Position numbers and translations under genes: made by a program. Shown here piece after piece: positions 10,987 to 21,900 of a stretch of 44,481 nt of DNA. The stretch spans positions 1,233,224 through 1,277,704 of the forward strand of contig WELB01000012.1 of the NCBI GenBank assembly GCA_009602725.1, read 5' to 3'. The DNA is from Spirogloea muscicola. Taxonomy: Eukaryota. Position 1 is the stretch's first letter; each line of letters starts with the position of its first letter. The notes under the pieces are model-generated. The model was given only the letters and a program-made list of their open reading frames with translations. It was not told where the DNA came from and ran no database searches.

Positions 10987-11833
10987 GAAGAGAGAGAAGG
11001 CGCGCGGTGCGCAAGAAATTGAGAGGGAGGCCAAGTCTAGCACTTACAAATATCCTGTTACGGGGTAATGAGCTAGCTAAGGGGGACACCGATTTCCCCG
11101 AGTCAGCACATCCGTATCCGACAAGCTAAGCTGAGGAGCCAAATGCCAAACCACATCACGGAAGCCATTAGCCTGCGCTAATGCACGCCCAGCACGCTGG
11201 TGTATCGCAAGTGCGCTGGTGTATCGCAAGTGCCTGGGAGCGCTGTAGACTCAAAATAGCCGCATTCTATAGCATGCAACGATTGCCCTTCTTTACGATT
11301 CTTTTGCATCAATCAAATCTAGAATGATGCAACTTGGCAGTTGTCTGATATTAAGGCTTTAAGCCCATTGACCCCAAGTACAATGTCATTCGATCTATAG
11401 GTAAGGTCTAGTGACTTGCGCATGCCTCAGAGCTACAAGATAGACGACACTATAGAGATGGGGGACGCTAGAATGCCCCAAGCTACCCGCCAGACTACGT
11501 CGGCGGGCATCGACATGCAGAGCCAGGCGATGGAGGAGGGAAGACCACTTCGTTCCGTAGCCGCCGTGTATGTCCATGGCGCACGGGAAGAAGTGGTCGC
11601 CCCGGGGGTGTTGTGCCTCTCCTTCCCTCTCCGGCATCATGTGTCGCCCAACCGGGCACAGCTGGTGTGGGTGCCCATAGTTGGAAGGCGTCAATGAGAA
11701 CGACATCAAGGAGGAGACGAGGCTCACCGCTCCGGGGGGTCGCAACCACATCCAGACGTCTGATGTTAGGGCCTGCCCGAAAAGAAGAACGGGAGGTCAC
11801 CGGGGTGGCCACTGCCAGCCATTTCCAGCCTCG
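10987..11833 (-). mobile_element. CRE-type element, divergent subfamily G with F-type 3' UTR, interrupted by a 177-bp insertion
   Basis: RRLDVVATPRSGEPRLLLDVV, DHFFPCAMDIHGGYG, YRMRL..LQRSQALAIH, RALAQANGF, SDTDVLTRGNRCPP*; tail tgcgcaccgcgcgccttctctct. Confidence 0.8.
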
Positions 11834-11881
11834 GGAGGCGCTCAAGGCGCCGCCGCCACCGCCGCCGCCGCCGCCGCCGCC

Positions 11882-14800
11882 ATGGGCGAGTCGGAGGCGC
11901 AGCGGCGGCTCCAGACGGCGCTGGACAAGCTCCTGCCGCCCTCGCCCGCCGCGCCCGCCGCCAGGTCCGCGGCCGGCCGAGCTCGCTCGCCTCTCCGCAG
12001 CTCTGCCAAACCCTACACCCTAAACCCTAAAGCCCGTCCTTGACAGCGCCCGCCGCGGGCCTGGCCCTCGCCCTGCAGCTCTNCCAGCTGGGCCTGCCCG
12101 TGGCGTCGACCGCCGCCCCCCCCGCGGGCGTCGCCTGCCGGCCCTGGGACCGCGGCGACCTCCTGCGCCGCCTGGCCACGTTCAAGTCCTCCACCTGGTT
12201 CGGCAAGCCGCAGGTCCGCCGTCGCAAGCTCTCACCAGGAATGGCTTCGATGGCCGGTCGAGGCCAATGATCACCATCTTCGTCGTCATCGGAGTTTCCC
12301 GACAGTCAGCCGAGCCTGCCAGTTGCTCGAGACCCACGAGGGCACGCCGTGTGCAACAGGTGGCTGGCCCGGTGGCCTGCGCCAGGCGAGGCTGGATCAA
12401 CGTCGAGGCCGACCTGCTCGCCTGCGAGGGCTGCAGGGCTGCCCTGGGCTTCGTGCTGGCCCCGACCCTGCCGCGCCAGCAGGCCGAGAAGGCTGCCCAG
12501 GATTTCTCCCTGAGGCTGGATGCGTCGCACAAGGACCTCTGCCCCTGGCAGGGCAATGCCTGCTCCGAGAGCCTCGTCCAGGTCTCCTCCGGACCGCTGC
12601 TGCTGATGCATCAGCGTGCTGCCGTAGCGCACTTCTGTCAGTCAACCAGCGCTCATGCATTTGTGCGCGCAAGGTCAGTGGTTATGTAGGTACCCGCAGG
12701 TCACTTGAGATTTTCTCTACTGTATCAAATGGGCTCAGACTGGAATGCTCCTGAGCAGTTTGCTACCTGTTTCTGCAGTTCCCTGTGACAGCGGCCTCTG
12801 AGTTGGTGACATCCTTCCAAGAACGGTGCAAAGACCTTGCTGGGCTTCCCTCTCTGCCTGCTGTCAGCCCTGCAGCTCTCGATGCCATGGCAGACTTTAG
12901 CCCCGCGCAGTTGGAAAGGCTGCTGTCGCAGGCTGGAAACAGCTATGCCCAAGAGTTCGTGCAGCCGGCCAAGTCCCTTCCAGTCATAACTGCCTACATG
13001 CAGGTAAATCCGTGGCGCAGTGGTACTGTCATTCTGCCGATGTTCCTAGCCTAACTCCGGTGAGTCTCTCTGAGGAGCCTCTGACAGCCTGCGTTGCGCT
13101 CCTCTTTCAGGCACAGCACATCATCGCTCTCTGTGGCTGGCAGCCGCACCTACTGCCTTACGAGTCAGATTGTGGGGCACGTGCATTGGACCTCCATGCA
13201 CAGCGCTCGCTTCTGTCGCTGTCGCAGCATCTGACCAATCAGGTACTGTCCTCTGCAACAGTGTGCAGTTTGGAACAGACCTCGAGACTCTCCAGCAGCT
13301 TGTGACTGGTGCCGCTTGTGATACTGGCTTCTGGCTTTGTGCTGAGAGAAGGCTTGCCTGCTCAAGCAAGCCTCAGCACAAAAGAGCAGCACTTGACTGG
13401 CATGCCCTGCCGGGATCTCCTCACATTGGCGCAGGAAGAAGCTTGTCTGAGGTCCTCGAGTGTACGCGCCACCAGGTTGCCAAATTCTGCTGAGAATATA
13501 GCCCGGGAAAGCCCACAGAGCACTACTGCTGTTCCCCTGCCTCCTGCCGTGGTACTCGCTTGCAATCTGTGCGGAGCCAGTGTCGGCCTCTGGAGCGTGC
13601 GCCTGATAGACAGACCTTTGCCAACAAAGTCTGACAAGTACCAAGTTGAGGATGCCGTGCCTGTGCCGAAAGATGCAGCTGCCTCCGCTCTCGTTGACGG
13701 CGCTGGGCCTGGGTGCAGGTTGGACTCTCTGCCCTCCTCGGTGCTGCGCATGCATATATTTCTGCCATCCATGTTAGCAGACCTCAAGTCTGGCTTGAAA
13801 GACATGCAACGAGCTCTCGTTATCTGTTGTAGCATTGCTTGAGGATTAAGTCCATCACTCCCCTGGTGCATATGGCATGCAGTGCGACACATGGGCAGAG
13901 TGATGTTGATCACACCACCGATGTGGCAATTGCTGGAGACCTTGAGGCCAAGTCTCATGCAGCAGGTTGCTTGTTACTTAAGTTGTCCAGCTCAATAGGA
14001 GGTGACTTGTTTGTGAAGTGGCAATAGCAACTGTGCGAATTGTCGAGCTAATTGGGAGGCTCTTCATGACAAAGGTTTTTCTCCAAGGACGTCGTTGTGT
14101 TCCTCGATGACGTTATTGTCTTCTGCTGATGCAGTTGTCATGGAGGAGGCACACAGAGTGCCGCCGAAGCTTTGCCCTGCACCGAAGGGTTTCAATCTCA
14201 GCCTGACAATTGCTGGCGGGCCGCCTCCAGCAGAGTCCCATCTGCCCTCAGGTCTACTACCCTTTGGGATGGCTGTGTCTAGAAAGCCAGCCTTTGGGAG
14301 CTCTCCAAAGGGCACAACTGCAAGTACTTGTGGAGCCGACATCGTCAAGGATAAGCCCTACCAGACTGGTGCCCCCTTGCAGGCGCCTGCTGAAGAGTGC
14401 AGGCATCGATATTCCTTGATGGCGACAAGTGCTGCAGACCCTCCTCACTGTCGCAGCAGCCTGGTGTGTAGCCTGCCCACGTTGCTGTCCTCAACCACGT
14501 CCATGGGACATGAAGCTTGTGTAGGCATGTCAAGACTTGTTGTAACATAGTGGATGAAGGATATGGGGATGCACCATGAGCAACAAAGTCAACTCTTGTG
14601 ATGGCAGGGAGACAGCGCAGAGGCCATGGTAGTAGAGCACGGGGGAGATGACGGGGCAGAAGTTGCACAAGTGGCTCGAGACCCGGCGAGCACTGCAGCA
14701 GGAGAAAGGCGATCAAAGAGGAAGCGATCAGGCTTGGAGCTGGAGACATCCACTCAGCTGCGGGCAGTTCGGCCAATCAGCTGTGCAGGGACGAATGTAG

Positions 14801-17800
14801 CAACATTGGAAGGCGAGGAAGTAGATAAGGGGGAGACAGGCGCCAAGCGCTGGCCTGTGGAGGGAGCAAGCTGGGGTTGTGAGCTGGGGTGGTTACTAGA
14901 TGCTGGGCAGGCTCGTGGGGAGCAGGGTGACACTGCACAAGGTGGAGGTGAGAGACCGGGTGAGTCAGCTGAGGACTCCAGCAAGAGGGCTGCAAGAGCA
15001 CCTACCTCGCAAGCCAAGCACGCCGCGGAGCAGCGTAAGCACCCGAGTCGTTGACGTCAAACACATTGCAACTGCCAAGTGCTGCCAAGCCTGCAAACTT
15101 CAGTGTTGCGTATCGCATGAGTGGCTGGTCTGAAGAATCATTCAGCCTCTTCCGAGCTAAATGCTTACAGAGGTTGGTCGCATCACTTGCAGACGCTCAA
15201 AATCTGCAGACATCGTCAGTCTTTGCAACAAACACAGACCACTCAGAGAAACAAGCTGATTCCGGGGATAGCGTGGACAACCTTTTGCAAGCCAGGTGGG
15301 TTACGATTTACATGTATCCAAATTGCTGACTGTAACAAGAACATGAAGGCAACTGTACTGAGGGCTGCCCATCAAGCATTGCAGGATACGTACTCAGCTG
15401 ATAACCTGATCAACAATGTCTAGGTCTTGGTTGTATCACTACTTATGTTCAGTTACTTTCTTCTGCAATACCACAAGCCTTGAGCCACAAGATGCCACTG
15501 TCTCTGCGTACGAATGTTTGGGGACTTCCCCTTCTCCTGTTGCCTGTGACGAAGAGTGTCTCCAGGCAAGAAAAACGACACTGACTTATTTCGTTTCTGT
15601 CCATGCCTGTGCAGCAAGCATGAAGCAGAGGTGCAACAAGAGGGGCAAGGTGATGTAGGCGTGATGAAGGAGAGGGAAGGGGAAGCCGAAGGTGGGGCTG
15701 GTACAGCTGCTGCAAACATCAGCACCGGAGAGGAAGGTGGCGACGTGGGGGGCAGCGTTGCAATGAAAGGAGCTCCTCATGACAGCGCTAGCGTCGAGGC
15801 TGATGTGGAGGGAGGAGACCAACTCACAGGAGGCGTGCTGGAGCTTGACGATGCTGGGGAAGGCGTTGTCTTCAATCGCAGCTCAATTATGGGGCACAGT
15901 TCGGCACTTGATCAGCTTCTGGCAAGCCTCAACTCTTACATCAGCCTGGCTTGAGATAGTCGTGTTTCGTTAGAAGCCCATTTGCAAACGCTCTCAGCTG
16001 CATGTGCGGCTTTGTATTCAGGGCGGGACCCTTGCCTCGGAGCCTGGAAGGAGTGTTGCTGGTGGTAGCGCTGCTGTGCCAGGTATCTTGCTGCACCGGA
16101 CATAGGTTGTTAGGTTAATGACAGGATTTTCTGCATGTGAAGGAGTACTGTCTCCGTCCTATGTGCAGGGATTGTGTTCTTGCTCCCTATTGACTGGAGC
16201 TCGTATTTAGTATAACTGTGGCCACAAACTCTGTAAAGATGTTTGGGCTTCTGATATTTTATGCTGGGACACCAACCCAGACCTTACAGCAGGCAACTGA
16301 GTGCACCTCTGTGACAAGCTGCATAGCTGCAGGCTGAGGGCCCATCCTGGTCTGTCCCCATTGTCATGCATCTCAGATGTCTGGCCCTTGAGCAGGCTGT
16401 GCAGGAAAGGGCAGCGTTTTGTGGTGCTAACATTTGTTGAGCAATTGGGTGCCTGCAATGCTGATTCAGCTGGAAGCACCGAGGGGAGGATGGGACCGAG
16501 CATGGGCGAGGAGGAGTGTGGGCAAACAAGCCCTGGCTCTGCAGCCTCGGTGGAAGTCAGAGGACTGCAGGAGACAGGTGCTGCTTGCAGTGCTCAACAA
16601 GGCGACGATGCAGGAGGAGGTGCAATGATGTGGAGCGCAGGGGCAGCAGGCGGGGAAGATGTGCACGGGAGCAGGCAGCAAAGAGGACGGGCAGGGGAGG
16701 CAGGAGGGGCAGGAACTACAGAAGGATGTACATTGGAGATGGCAGGTCCAGGAGGGGGTCAGAGCAGTGCAGACATTGGAGGTGAGCGCAATGGAGGTGA
16801 ACTCAAGAGAGAGACAGTTGGCAAATGTACACCTTCATCTGACGAAGGTGAAGGACCGAGCAAAGGTCGCATGGTTGAGACCAGAGACACGACAAGAAGA
16901 TCAAGAGCCGTCCCTAGTGGGGATGTAGGCAACCCTTTTCCAGGTCAGTGTTGACGTTTATAAGGGTTTCACACCCTCTCTACTGGCAAGAAGTCTCTAC
17001 AGTCCACCTGAGATTTGTCAAGATAGCACCTTCATGTAGTGGATGAGTGCAGCAGGGTTGAGGTTGCAAGTGCAGTCGCTTGCGGGCTTGCTCTGAGCAT
17101 CATGGCCTTCTATTGGTTGGTCACGCACTGGTCATGCAGATGTTGCGAGACTACCTCATGAGATTAACGATGTTCAGGTGGCATCTCCAAAGAGGCATGA
17201 TGGTGAGTAAGAAATATTGTATTCTCACCAGCATAGAGACTAAGGTAATAGATTACACCAGGTCTCCTGCTCTAGATCTGTGCTATGCCCCAATTCTGAA
17301 TTGACATGCCAGCTGGTCTCATTGGTGTTTCACCGGCATGCCCTGTGAATAAGTGATAGTATGCCAATCTTGGCCGCTGACCTCCATCTCTTGGCATATG
17401 TAGTTGCTAAGCAGACTAGCAAGAACGGTAGTGACAACAAGGGAGCTTGTTGCCTAGCGCAGGACCAGACCTGGGAGTGGCTGAGGACAGAGCAGGAGCT
17501 TGCGACTCCTCAATGTCTGGGCTGGATTCCCGCCGTGAGTTTGACCCTCTCAGGCAACACCGGCATTTCTGTCCATGGGTAAACACCCAAGGGGCTCCTT
17601 GTGGTTGGCAGAGGACTGCAGAGGCCCTGCACAGTATGACCAATCGGACACCACCTGGCCTTGCTGTACCAACAGAGTCCACCTCATCGATTTTCAAGGT
17701 GCACTCAGGAGGACCTGAGCTATGGACTGCAGATGAATCCTAAGGGCCGCTATATGCCTTTCTTTGTTGGCCTTTTGTGAGGCATGGAGTAGAGCTTTGG

Positions 17801-18026
17801 GCCTGAAGGTTAGCCGAACAGTGAGCAGCTTCAAGCAGCTCAATTATAGATGGGTCAAAGTGCAGAACTGCCTAGCCTGGACAACTCTCTTGCAAGCCTT
17901 GTCTGCCTCTTCGCCTGGGTGATGTGTCTGAGCTAGGTGCTGTGCGGTGCTGTTGTGCAGGTCGATGCACTTCATTCTGTGAAACGCCTTCTGCAATCTA
18001 GGGCGTCATTCTCAAAGGCGCCCTGA
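11882..18026 (+). CDS. NIPA: NIPA/ZC3HC1-like C3HC zinc-finger protein (multi-exon). Clear exons: 11882-11964, about 12047-12213, 12360-12581, 12779-13003, from 13111, about 17460-17698, 17961-18026. Middle exons only approximate
   Basis: zf-C3HC motifs CRPWDRGDLLRRLATFK..WFGKP, CARRGW..CEGC, HKDLCPWQGNAC; ALCGW; CNLCGASVGLW; LSLTIAGGPPP; EFDPLRQHRHFCPWVN..GWQ; final exon VDALHSVKRLL...*. GT-AG junctions. The n at 12083 makes the exon 2 frame ambiguous. Confidence 0.9.
12008..12031 (+). promoter_or_regulatory. Telo-box-like short plant telomeric tract in NIPA intron 1
   Basis: aaaccctacaccctaaaccctaaa, about three CCCTAAA-type units including AAACCCTAA. Confidence 0.6.
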
Positions 18027-18948
18027 CAAACGCGAGTGATATTTTCTTTGAATAGTGCAGCCACACACTTCCAGCATGTGACCTGGCGGCTTTGTGATTG
18101 CTGCCATTGCTTCATGTCTTCCCTGTTGCTGTAGTATCTTGGATATATGTTCCGGGGCTCGAACATTCTGCTAACACTTAGCTAGCTCTTTCAGCAGGTT
18201 GCATGCCTGCACTTGTTCGAGTGTGGTCCTGTTCGCCAGACATTGCGTTAACTTTGCATTTATGTGATGGCAATCGTCAGGCTGCCGTAAAGGGCTTGTC
18301 ATGGCAGATGTGTCGAGAGCTTTGTGTTGCTGCATATGGCTCTCTGAAAAAATGGGCTTCAGTTGTGGCAGTTGCAGTTTCTGGCCAGGGACACAGAGAT
18401 GGTAGCTCATGATTCTCTTTGCCTGTATCGACTTAGCTAGCACTGAGTGGGTGCAGCATGACATACAAGCTGTGCTACGCATTTGATTACAGAGGGAACC
18501 AATGTGTTACACCAGCACGCTAGTACGTGCATTGCAGAACCCCAAGAAGCCTTGACCTTTACCTGTCTCACTGGTGCTTCTGCCAGCCTTGGCTGTCAGA
18601 CAGCCCAGCAACCTTTGCTGAATGCACAGAGATTGGTGGTATGCAGGGTGTCCGTTGTAGACTTCTACTATGGACAGACCAAGCACCAGCTGGTTGAGAG
18701 TCTTGCCTCAAGCAAGTGCACGGCATGGCTTCTGTCGGCAGTCGCTGTCACAAAGCACGAGCTCTCCACTGCGTACTGTGTGCTGTTGGGAACTGTAACT
18801 TGGACCAGCAACAAAATGGCACTTGGAAGCAGGCTCAGTATGCAGGTAGTGTGTAGGAAAGTCCATAAATCGCAACGCGGCTACAAGTGAGTAGAGTGTA
18901 AAACGAGGACAATGGTCCCATCACATGACAGCACAGTCCTGCTTCTCC

Positions 18949-21900
18949 CTACGCTTGTCCCCCTTTGCTCGGTCGTCGTCTCTGCTCGACTCTGATCCGG
19001 GAGACGACAAGACCTGCAGTGCACCAATTCCAACCTCCGAGATGTAAGGCACAGGAGATTTGAAGTGGCAACATTTCTCCTGTGTCCAACTCACAGACTG
19101 GGGAGTTTGCTAGTCTGCAACTCTGAACCTGTACCAAATAGCTATCGAAGACAAGCCAACTTACCAGTTCTACACGTTCCCTGTGCGTGGGCAATCGGCT
19201 AAGCGACGGGCCCTTCCTCTCACTATCTTCTTGACCCCGTGGCTCCGTTGGCAAGTTTGGCTGCTGTGCTAATGCAGGTGATCCGTCCACACTGAACAAG
19301 AAATAGAAGAAAGGCAACACCATAGTCCAGTCTCAGCTCTCAGTGACGCGTTTGAGGAGCTGAATGCTCTCTTCAGGGGAACAGGTTGGCCAATGCTGAG
19401 CGGACAAGCTAAGTCCAGCATTGACACATGAGGCCCCTGCTGAGATGAGCCTTCTCTCACCGTGCAGCGGCTCAGTAATCTGTGCTTTGTGCTTGAGAAG
19501 GACTAGGCTAAGAGGCAGCACCATGCTTGACTCTTGGAGAGCCATCAGAGCTTCATGCACTGTCACTATCATGCAACCTTGCTTTTCTAGAGACAATAAC
19601 TACCACCGCTTCCGTGGCAGCGCTGCCTTGCAGGAGAGATTGAAACTTACCACACATTGTCTGCGCTGGAAGTAGTTGGCTGAGGGCTAGGTACGCTGGA
19701 TGTACTTGGATGTTGTCTACTCACAACAGCTTTCCTATGGTTGGCAGATACTGGACGTGGCTGAGTAAAAAATTTCTGCCCGTGACCAGCAACCAGCATG
19801 CAATGTCAGTAATTTGAAGACGAAACAACGCAAGTAGGGTGAGAAGTCCATCAAGGGGCATACCATGCTGTCTCATGATGACCTGGCACAGCTATCTTCA
19901 GTTCTTCAAGGCTGCTAAAGATGAACAGATGGTCATAGCTCCTCTATTTCATCTTTGATTGGCGGAAGCTAGCTGTTAGCTGCAAGACTTCTCCGTGTGA
20001 TGACTTGCTAAATTGTCAAGCTAGTTGTTTAAGGAGAAAAGCATAGTAGGAAGTCTCACAGCTGAAGTGTCATCCATAATCTCCCCCTCTCCTAAGTGCT
20101 CCCGCAGCACACTAACCGGCTCATACGGGTGGAAGCTACTATCATAAAATGACGGGGCACCATCCGCCTACACCCACGAAATTCAGATGTTCATGTCGCA
20201 GATTCATACCTCAACGATGTTGATCCTCAGGAAACACTAGATTTCAATCTCTAGGATATCAGCACATGCAATGGCCAATTCAGCAACTAAGAGCTGAAAG
20301 CTGTCTGGTACAGCTTCACCTTTCATTCAACACTGAGGAGCATTCACAAACTTAGCTGTGGGTTTGCAAACATTGAGCTCAAAGGCCATACTTCATTGAG
20401 CTAGTACTGGTTGCGCCAGCACATCTCTTCTGGAATCTACTGATTACGTGTATTTGATATTCATGGTCGACGCCCAGACGGATCACAATTGCACCCCTTA
20501 CCTGCCCAAGCTTTTCCCACACGATATTAGGCTGGTCCAGGTAGCCCTGGTCGCTCACCAGCGTAAACAAATTGCCCTCATACTGCATGGCGTAGATCCT
20601 CCACAAAGATGACCATCAGTTTCTGATTCTGCCCAATATTGGAAGATGACCAGCAAGGGAGTCTGTAGCGGGTCTTCTTTAGTTAGCAAGCACACGGCGA
20701 TTGAGCGGTGACTTAAGGTCAACAACCAGACAACTCCGTGCGCGTATGTGCTGCTGGACACTGACCTTGAACAAGGTGCTGTATTGACTGTCTCGATATA
20801 AGACACAGAGCTCTTTCTCCTTCAGGCCCTCACGAAGCTTCAACAGCCTGCTCAAGAAGACAAGCACAAATGGTGAGAGCCCCTGGCAAGACAACCTCAA
20901 GCACAGTGGCAGTAGAGCTCAACCAAATACAGCAGTAGCTCAAGGGGACTGACATCTTACCCATGTGGAGTGAGTTGCCTTGTTGACTCCTTAAGAAACT
21001 CCACTATGCGGCCTATGCATCATTTGGGGTGAACGTGAGCAGAAGACTGGTAATTTGCAAGCAATTTAGCAGTTAACGGCCTCCCAAGTTCTTATAATCA
21101 GAGATACAGCAAGTGAAATTGCTGCATGGCCAGCAGAGGATTATTTCCCCCCTCTTACCAAAAGAATTCCACAATTGACACTGCTAACCATGATACTGCT
21201 AATTTTGACATTGCTGACACACCAAGATTGCCTGATGCAGTTGCTGGCCAAACAAAGTATAAGGGAAGCACCGTCACCTTCATGCACTGCTTCGGCACTT
21301 TCAACCTCCGCGTCTGGCAAGGGATGCACAGCTGCCTGAGCCTCAGAGGCCCGTGCTCCTCTGCCCTCGTGCTCTCTGTCGGCTGTGCCCTCCACCAGTT
21401 CGTCACTGTTGCCGACATAGTCCCCACTGGGGGCTCCCAGACCACGACTGTGCCCTGGTTCTTCCTCTCCGCTCTTCTCTGGGCTCTGATCTCCAAAAAC
21501 CTGGGCAAGCAGCATCGCATCCAGCTTGCTGGAGAAGGTAGGCGTCGACAGAGGTGACCCCACATTGTCCTGACCCACCAATCCCTGCCGGTCTGCACTC
21601 CACGGAAACAGCGGGGGACTGATTGCAAGTGCACCAAAGCCAAGGCTTCCTCCTGCCTCATTGTCGGCACTCAGTAAGCTGGTCAAACGGCTCTGCTGCT
21701 GCAGTGATTGGGGCAATCCTGCAGGGATGTTGACAAGTCCACCGAGAGTGCCAAGCAACCGGGGTGTTGCGAGCAAGCGCTGCTCGTCGAGGTCACTCCC
21801 CAGACTGTTCAGCGCGCTTGGAGGTCCCAGTGACTGCACCGCTCCCTCAAGAGCTGCAAGCTGCCGTCTAGGGTGGCCCTCAGGCGCTGGACGACCTGGT

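Larger units (their letters stand above)
100..11833. mobile_element. Cluster 1 of nested and tandem 5'-truncated CRE-type non-LTR retrotransposon copies, both strands
   Basis: Recurrent C-terminal peptide (DEFVPLAVDVHGALG...YRMRLSVSLQRSMA...SDLRLLTRGY*) and recurrent 3' UTR ends with a GGGCTGG...CAGCC hairpin and a CTT tail across the interval. Confidence 0.9.

Noticed and set aside
100..11000. Recurring palindromic GGGCTGG...CAGCCC units as a CRISPR array
   Set aside because: Spacing is irregular, both orientations occur, the units are attached to retrotransposon ORF ends, there are no cas genes and the context is eukaryotic
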